This document shows, in pieces, positions 32,901 through 37,700 of a stretch of DNA of 37,700 nt. The notes under the pieces are model-generated. The model was not told the origin of the DNA. It saw only the letters and a list, made by a program, of their open reading frames with translations, and made no database searches. The stretch spans positions 1-37,700 of the forward strand of contig CAXNAD020000037.1 in NCBI GenBank assembly GCA_964200185.2. The letters are read 5' to 3'. This stretch comes from Choristocarpus tenellus KU-1152 (Eukaryota; Protista; Phaeophyceae). Position numbers and translations under genes: made by a program. Within the stretch, counting starts at the first letter, position 1. Each line of letters starts with the position of its first letter.

Positions 32901-34153
32901 GCATAGAATTGATGACATGAAGTATCAACTATCTAACATAAACGGTACATATTTTACCTTCACAGTAACCTTCTAACCCCCCATATGCGATTGGCTTGAA
33001 TCTCTAACCCCAACCCTCAAAATTGGTGGGCTTCCTTTTTTTGTCTATATTTGCTAACCCTAACCCTGATTATTGTCCTTATCCTGCTGCGGCAGTGGTC
33101 TCCTGTGCTCCCTATTTGACAGCCTTCTTAACCCCTGTTGCAATACTCTTTTCTTGTGTGATGTTTACCTCCATCTCGTCAATGCACTTGTTTGTCCAGG
33201 AGCATGTGTCCAATGTCATGGATAGTGGAAAGGCTTTGGATCGTGTGGTGTTCCAAGAGATACACTCAGGGGAGATTTTCGGGTTTGACTCATTCCTGAC
33301 GGGTTCACCTGCCTACAGCTCTATAGTGGTGGACTCTGAAAAGGCAGTGGTAAGTATCAATATTTCTGTCAGCGAAAGGATAGGGTTAGGGTTTATTGAT
33401 GCTATCATTGAGAGGATGCGACAGGTCCTTGAGTTTAAGAGTGTTAGCAACATAATGGAAGAGTGCATTAGTTGATGGACTTCAAAATTTGAGTATTTAC
33501 ATGAAAATGATTTAGATGTAAGTTCTCAAAATCAAGGAGATCTAAGTTTAATATTTACAGTATGGATAACTCTAGTTTTTAAAGTGATTTTTCTAATTAT
33601 TTTATTAAACAGTTAGAAGAACTAATCTAAATATTTATATTGTTATTTTAGTATTTCAGGTCAACATGCAGAAATTAATATTCAAGAAATGACAAATAAA
33701 GTTGCTATTGGTTTCGAACCAGCAATGTTCTAAATAGAAAAATGGATTATGAGTGCGTCACCTCATTTTAATGAATTAATTTTTTACTCTTAAATTTTAT
33801 TTTAAAATTAAAAATATAAATACTTTTATGACAAATTCAAATGAAGTTAGAAATATTATTAGCCAGGTAACGATACAAGGTTAGAATTCTCATTCTAGTG
33901 GAAGATACGGGTTAGAGTTGACCTGTCTTCTATCCTATTGTCAGGAGTGTACCATTACACCTCAAGCCCTGAATCCTGGACTCCTCTTATATTTTTGTGT
34001 TACAATATTTTGCAGGTTCGATCCTGTACAAAAGAGCAGATCATGGCCAGGCTCCGGGAAGACCGTCGCCTTGCGAGCAAGTTCTACCGAATTGCTGCTG
34101 TTAGCATTGCGTCTCGCCTCGCTGAGATTAGCCCCCTTGATATCTACCTTTGA
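5815..34153 (+). CDS. Multi-exon gene (~26 exons, ~1,026 aa): ~4-TM membrane protein with tandem GRAM/PH-like and cyclic-nucleotide-binding (CNB/CAP_ED)-like domains (TM-GRAM-CNB-GRAM-CNB)
   Basis: Exons 5815-5968, 8731-9017, 10120-10194, 11339-11368, 13190-13321, 14302-14367, 15972-16082, 17372-17476, 18150-18284, 19712-19846, 21238-21333, 21813-21899, 22299-22436, 23255-23293, 23785-23859, 24258-24377, 25081-25317, 25640-25786, 26420-26512, 27814-27918, 28876-28971, 30178-30318, 30635-30745, 31429-31506, 33200-33349, 34016-34153 join into one stop-free frame (3081 nt including TGA). CNB motifs: GQTLLSTGEEFTSVYHVAQGSIDV...LGTLRKDDIFG and LYLLCTGIVRV...EIHSGEIFG. GRAM motif: IRQLFNFTATEHV...ITGTFYITTHYFAF. 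The 5' end is the least certain part. Confidence 0.85.
7478..7614 (+). CDS. Possible optional exon (TSTKLDVGVLNDWRRVEFAQERLS...)
   Basis: tttttcaag acceptor is in frame with exon 5815-5968 and a gtgagg donor lies at 7615, but that donor is phase 0 and incompatible with exon 8731 unless a weak GC donor at 7604 is used. Confidence 0.3.
8731..9017 (+). CDS. Exon: acidic linker and first TM helix (YWYFLTFVLLFSLMSAIVTSLI)
   Basis: ttttccacag acceptor, aag|gtttgt donor, open frame. Confidence 0.85.
10120..10194 (+). CDS. Exon: TM helix (EETVYLAFVLAFIGFWWFFFGHFRL)
   Basis: tgcag acceptor, gtaagc donor, 75 nt, phase 0/0. Confidence 0.85.
10876..11205. repeat. 13-bp minisatellite (TGTATAGATGTAT)n, intronic
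   Basis: Directly visible, >20 units with TGTAC and extra TGTAT variants. Confidence 0.97.
11339..11368 (+). CDS. 30-nt exon (IFSLMGSMTL), part of a TM helix
   Basis: Pyrimidine tract plus atcag acceptor, perfect gtaagt donor, phase 0/0. Confidence 0.7.
12704..12748. repeat. 11-bp tandem (GCTTGCTGGGT) x4
   Basis: Directly visible. Confidence 0.9.
13190..13321 (+). CDS. Exon: TM helix (LAVVTLGVGAGLWFIVLLCGFY)
   Basis: tctttgcag acceptor, aag|gttagg donor, GC-rich. Confidence 0.85.
14302..14367 (+). CDS. Exon (AHYFKSLPLSIERSIYLKEIAP)
   Basis: ttttgacag acceptor, gtcagc donor, phase 0/0. Confidence 0.8.
15972..16082 (+). CDS. Exon (GGVEIQQARFSSWLLDKFREK...CGMLQGK), start of GRAM/PH-like module 1
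   Basis: ctcag acceptor, aag|gtaagt donor, 111 nt. Confidence 0.8.
17372..17476 (+). CDS. Exon, GRAM/PH-like module 1 (DLWLQGMLTLETVYLEFKAD...)
   Basis: ccctaacacag acceptor, cag|gtaatg donor; QG-x-L-x-L...YLEF resembles the GRAM 'QGRLYIS.NYLCF' motif. Confidence 0.85.
18150..18284 (+). CDS. Exon, GRAM/PH-like module 1 (DVLAVRRQG...ICASMYK)
   Basis: ttccag acceptor, aag|gttggt donor. Confidence 0.85.
19463..19594. repeat. 9-10 bp minisatellite (TACTATTTC / TACTCTTTCT)n
   Basis: Directly visible. Confidence 0.95.
19712..19846 (+). CDS. Exon, basic helical linker (RGRNLWRRVGRNMDLLLKERTRKLKK...)
   Basis: ttttcaaag acceptor, gag|gttagc donor. Confidence 0.8.
20474..20708. repeat. 15-bp minisatellite (A(C/T)CAAGTATATAAAT)n
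   Basis: Directly visible, ~15 units. Confidence 0.95.
21238..21333 (+). CDS. Exon, lead-in helix of CNB domain 1 (...MVTYKEWQKVLEGVK)
   Basis: ttcaag acceptor, aag|gtgaac donor. Confidence 0.85.
21813..21899 (+). CDS. Exon, CNB domain 1 beta1-3 (IHVLTEGQTLLSTGEEFTSVYHVAQGSID)
   Basis: ctctaacag acceptor, gtgaga donor; matches the CNB pattern G-x-x-h-h-x-x-G...hYxhxxGxh. Confidence 0.85.
22299..22436 (+). CDS. Exon, insertion within CNB domain 1 (VNEQVDIG...QSYAK)
   Basis: ttccag acceptor, aag|gtcagc donor. Confidence 0.8.
23255..23293 (+). CDS. 39-nt exon (ALAKRQGVNRMEE)
   Basis: tttggcag acceptor, gag|gtgcat donor, phase 0/0. Confidence 0.7.
23785..23859 (+). CDS. Exon, acidic insertion (DSQIEYEDPEDVHNNILQDDSGSSE)
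   Basis: cacag acceptor, gag|gtaagt donor. Confidence 0.8.
24258..24377 (+). CDS. Exon, acidic insertion and return to CNB1 (ESSEEEMDDD...VLLGTLRK)
   Basis: gtacag acceptor, aag|gtgaac donor. Confidence 0.85.
25081..25317 (+). CDS. Exon, CNB domain 1 C-terminal half (DDIFGVVPFL...AFYKYLAVILGER)
   Basis: tgcag acceptor (A-rich upstream), aag|gtgtgt donor, 237 nt open. Confidence 0.9.
25640..25786 (+). CDS. Exon, coiled-coil-like linker (VREKRLEVARLEEEML...)
   Basis: ggacag acceptor, cag|gtatgc donor. Confidence 0.85.
26420..26512 (+). CDS. Exon, GRAM domain 2 start (DIRQLFNFTATEHVAREFKG...)
   Basis: ttcag acceptor, aag|gtgagg donor; F-x-x-F...E pattern of the GRAM N-terminus. Confidence 0.85.
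27814..27918 (+). CDS. Exon, GRAM domain 2 core (EVKITGTFYITTHYFAFAGK...)
   Basis: gtacag acceptor, aag|gtggga donor; GxxYITxxYxxF GRAM motif. Confidence 0.9.
28876..28971 (+). CDS. Exon, GRAM/PH fold 2 (DVMRHDEVITIRYAGSKGVLF...)
   Basis: ttcag acceptor, gag|gtgaga donor. Confidence 0.85.
30178..30318 (+). CDS. Exon, PH-fold terminal helix and linker (VKSANSREVFFRDCMSKWKRE...GYLNQ)
   Basis: ttgcag acceptor; GC donor CAG|GCAAGG at 30319 (alternative GT donor after 30246). Confidence 0.8.
30635..30745 (+). CDS. Exon, CNB domain 2 lead-in (...LMSDMSEKEKKQLFAGS...)
   Basis: ttttaacag acceptor, cag|gtgaat donor. Confidence 0.85.
31429..31506 (+). CDS. Exon, CNB domain 2 (VVIGEHNFNDNLYLLCTGIVRVQRVQ)
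   Basis: gtcag acceptor, cag|gtgagt donor; LYLLxxGxVxV CNB motif. Confidence 0.85.
33200..33349 (+). CDS. Exon, CNB domain 2 (…EIHSGEIFGFDSFLTGSPAYSSIVVDSEKAV)
   Basis: tgtccag acceptor, gtaagt donor; GEIFG motif. Confidence 0.9.
33470..33870 (+). other. Probable organelle-derived (plastid-like) insertion in the last intron
   Basis: Abrupt A-rich, AT-rich block with AT-ending codons: end of a broken ORF SISGQHAEINIQEMTNKVAIGFEPAMF* (33650-33733), an AT spacer, then a new ATG at 33828 (MTNSNEVRNIISQVT). Layout is operon-like; gene identity not established. Confidence 0.4.
34016..34153 (+). CDS. Terminal exon, CNB2 C-helix (…LASKFYRIAAVSIASRLAEISPLDIYL*)
   Basis: ttttgcag acceptor, TGA at 34151-34153; helix parallels CNB1 'SAFYKYLAVILGER'. 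Confidence 0.9.
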   Translation, partial: VRSCTKEQIMARLREDRRLASKFYRIAAVSIASRLAEISPLDIYL

Positions 34154-36334
34154 GGAGAGAGTAGAGCAACAAAGTGCAGTACGGAAGTATGTATTGTTGG
34201 TGTCCCTGGCAGTTGAAGGGATGCTGAACCAATTGGCTGAGATTGACTGGGCTGTTGTTATATAGAAGGCACCTTTGACCTTGGCTAGAAGGTGAATACT
34301 GTGGGAGGAGGTTAATTGTGTAGCGACTTGGGGAAATAGCACCTCTTCCCCCTTCCCTCCTCTTCCCTCCTCCCCATCTTTTCTCTCATTTTCCAAATAT
34401 TAACTGTGAAGAGGACCATTAAATGTTTCCTAGTCGCAAGTTGGTGCATGTCAGGTTATTTGCTTTGTTAGGGTGGTGCAACACCCTAATTTTTGTTCCT
34501 GGTTAGTTGTGGATCCATTTATTGTATGATAATGAGCTGCACTGTTTAAGGCAGGGTTGTGTGATTGGTCCTCACCTGTAGCCCATCTTTCCGTTTGTGG
34601 GTGAAGGGGGAATTGCCTTCACCTGTGATGCATGTTAGATGACGAAGAATGTTGCTGCCGCTATGTGAAATGAAAATCAGGAACTTTTGGTTGCCAACTT
34701 CAAAGAATAGGAGTGCCCTGCTGGCCCCTAGACTACTTCGGCAGCTGCAAATTCAATAATGATTAAGTATCACAGGGGGTGGGTGTGGGAGTGGGGATGA
34801 GGGAGGGCTGTCTAACTGTGGAAACTTCAGCTCGTCAGGAGGGTGGGCACAGCAGTTTTGACTGCTTTCTCATGCCTTACTGTGGATAGGTGGAGTAGTT
34901 TTACGTACACCATCTGAAAGACAGTTGTGCATTACTTGGGAAGATGGCAGTGGCTGGTAGTATGGGTATGTTGTTTTTGTTTTGATTTGAATTGGTTGGG
35001 TGGGTCTTTTCATGTCATTTTGTGTTGTGAAATGTGGAGGAGGAAGCAAGCGTATGATGTTACTGTTGTTTGTTTGAGGTCTTCGCAAGAGTAGTAAGAG
35101 AGTATACACAAGAGGGGGAGCACAACGGTGTGTTCTGATTTTTGGGGTTTTTTCCGTTTTCTTCTTTGTATCTTGCTTTTTGTGGTCCTCAATTGCAGAA
35201 ATGGGTTGTTTCGACAGGAACTATGGTACAAAAAGGCAGTGTAACCTGGCGGACATGAAGGGCAGAAGCAGGCTGAGCCTGAGTTAGGTGTTGTGGCACA
35301 TCTTTGTTGGGTGAGGAGTTGATGAACTAAGAAGTCAATGTTGGAAGCAAGGGTTACACTCCAACTTGGGTAGAATGCCAACCAACCGAACAAAGAGCTT
35401 GTTAGAAGGGAAGAGATTATTCTTTATGAAGTGATTCAGATTTTTTGTGGTCTATTTGTTGTTGGTGGTGTTCATCATTCCACTTGGTCTAGATGAGGCA
35501 GCACACAGCCACACTACACAGACAGGCTGTGCTCAGTGTAGTGGCGAAAATAGCTCATGGTGCAGTATCTTCCTCATTTAGTGCTACTGGTTGAACTATC
35601 ACGTCATTTGTTTTTACATATAGCAGTTGATGATGGACTTGTTTTTCCAGGGATCTCATTATATGTCTTTTTATGGAGTCAAGGAGATGGTCTGTGTTTT
35701 GCTGCTACTACTTAATGGGTACAGCAGAATTACTGTTTACTCCCTCTTTCAAAGCATAAGGACTACATGATGATCAGTGACATGCAAGTAGTTCGCTGGT
35801 TGGGAATGATGTATTTGTCCATGAGGGAATCCCTGTTATTTATTTTACTCCAAAATAGTACTATGCTTTGTTCTCCTATACCGTGGATATTATGATCACG
35901 TTGGCATTTTACTTTCACATTATTTTCTACCTTCGGCTGACGACATGACAAGGAATATTACATCTTATTTTTGCGGTCCGCACGTATTTATTATAAAAAT
36001 ATTAAATATATTGCCATGCAGGCTGTTTCTGAGGCTGCCTATACAAATCTTTCTTATTCATTAGTCTAACAGTCCAGTGTTGCCCAGGCAACTCCAAAAG
36101 TACCAGTTGTGGGAACCGCAGAAGCAACACACCAGTTTTTTTAGGTCAGAGTGAGTCATTCACACCTAAAATGAGAGTCAGACAGTAGTTAGTCAAGAAG
36201 CCCGATGCGGGAAGGGGTAAGGGCATCACTACGTGGACGTGATGTGTTAAGATAGTGGTCGTGGTCCTTAGGTAAGGCCCACGATCCTCCTTGAACCCTC
36301 CCTGAAGCCTTGGTAAGAGCATCAGCGAAGAAAA

Positions 36335-36955
36335 CTAGGTTGTTTGACATGGTTGGGGCGGAGTTATCTGCAAGTACTCCAAGAAAAATGGGCCATTGGC
36401 AGGGTCTCCAAGTTTCTTATGAATGCATTCCATGGTTTTAACACAATCTTGATAATGCATGTTGAGGTTGCAAGAGGTTCTGTGTTGCTGCTGCCTACTG
36501 GATTGCGACTCATTCGACTCAACTCGTGTATGCAACTCATGAATTTCCCTTCACAACTGCACCTTGACATCTCTGTACCGACGTACCATACTCAAGCTAT
36601 TCCTCTGAAATGGCCTGGGTGATACAGACATGTGTGGAGAATAATAATCCCTGGTCTGACGGTGACGTTGAGGTAAACGGGTGCGGCCTCTGCGTTCTTC
36701 TCTGGTCCTCCGTCCGTATTGATGAGAGTACCGGTCCCGGGATCTCGACCTGGAGCGAGATCTGCCACGAGTGGAAGACCTAAAACAAACGTGTTCTCTG
36801 CGCCTGCCTTGATGTTCAGCAGAGTGGACACGGCTGTGATCAAAATTTCCTTGAGGTGTGGTACTGGGCTGGAATATCTCGGAATCGTCGATTCCTTGGA
36901 GAATCTGTGGGTCGGAGACGACCTCAACTTCTTGCGAATACTATGAGCCAGACAT
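36335..36955 (-). pseudogene. Decayed ~207-codon ORF with an Arg/Ser-rich tract (pseudogene or retroelement ORF1/gag-like relic)
   Basis: Single frame MSGS*YSQEVEVVSDPQILQ...RSSTRGRSRSRSRSRDRYSH...DVKVQL*REIHELHTRVE...GPFFLEYLQ with only two internal stops (TAG, TGA); preceded by an acceptor-like ccctttatctcccag. Confidence 0.5.
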
Positions 36956-37700
36956 GTCTGCGAACCTGGGAGATAAAGGGCAAGGTGACACACAAAACGA
37001 GAATAGGGATGTGAGTAGGTGAATGCAGAACAATTAACTACCTAAGCAACATCTCGACCATGGCGGTCAGAGACCACTTGTTTTATGGCTATAGGCAGAT
37101 GATGTGGCGATCAGTTGTTACTCGTTTTACGGCTATAGAAGGATGATGGTTCCCTCGGAGCCACAGATGCCATCACACCCCTGAAGACGACAAGGCCAAG
37201 AAGAAGAAAATCCCGGAGACGACGAATCAAGACCACAAACCCAAGCAGAAAGAAATATATATCCTGGCAAATGTAGGAAGCTACCACTAATCCTAGGCAC
37301 TGAGGTGAATACTGGGTATTCCCTCCAGTTTGGAGAGAGGTGGTAGGACCTCCATGTTACAGCACACTCCAGAGTTCACCTCCACAGGATGTGTAACTCA
37401 AATTGAACGACCTTAAAACGACGCTATGGGGACATTGCCCTTGGTAACAGTTTGTTGGGTGTCGGACAGCCTTCTCTTGATACTCCAACTCAGTGCGTAG
37501 CTCAAAGCTCGACTCAATGTTTCGTTCAAGATAAAGACTGTTTTAAGAGGGGTTATGGTTTTGACCAAAAGTCCTTTTTGTTATTTTCATCTTCCACTCG
37601 ATTTCTTTGGCCTTCTATGCAACTGCTGCATACGTACTCCAATGACCCAAAGTATCTGGGAGGGGGGGGGGGTCTACACCAGGGTGTCCATTTGGACCAA

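Larger units (their letters stand above)
6352..33393. repeat. Dozens of short interstitial telomere-type arrays (TTAGGG)n/(CCCTAA)n in introns
   Basis: G-strand examples: 7107-7149, 9197-9235, 10203-10237, 10643-10683, 11442-11484, 22534-22564, 25414-25443, 27378-27406. C-strand examples: 9345-9420, 12101-12117, 17347-17367, 21145-21167, 22025-22044, 23205-23230, 24768-24793. Confidence 0.97.

Noticed and set aside
36305-36330. ADALTKA on the minus strand, resembling the Copia RNase H ADxLTK motif
   Set aside because: No upstream KHID or DNxxA motifs found; likely chance.
36592-36993. 133-aa minus-strand ORF as listed
   Set aside because: Appears to be a shadow of the adjacent RS-rich frame, which is longer and more protein-like.

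Overview
Eukaryotic nuclear DNA: intron-rich, GT-AG splicing, roughly 1 kb introns and TTAGGG-type repeats. The style suggests a stramenopile, possibly a brown alga, but this is inference only. Most of the window (about 5.8-34.2 kb, + strand) is one gene with about 26 exons, assembled by hand into an open frame of about 1,026 aa: low-complexity N-terminus, about 4 transmembrane helices, then two tandem [GRAM/PH-like + cyclic-nucleotide-binding-like] modules whose phosphate-binding cassettes are both non-canonical. The most striking non-coding signal is dozens of short telomere-type arrays confined to this gene's introns and polarised: (TTAGGG)n just after donors and (CCCTAA)n just before acceptors. 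All 24 introns from exon 8731 onward are phase 0 in this model. The flanks hold a modular foldback repeat, a decayed DD39D mariner transposase, a Copia RT relic, a decayed RS-rich ORF and a possible 5' end of a divergent gene. The last intron contains a probable organelle-like insert. Most ORFs in the supplied track are spurious. All calls were made by eye, without database searches.
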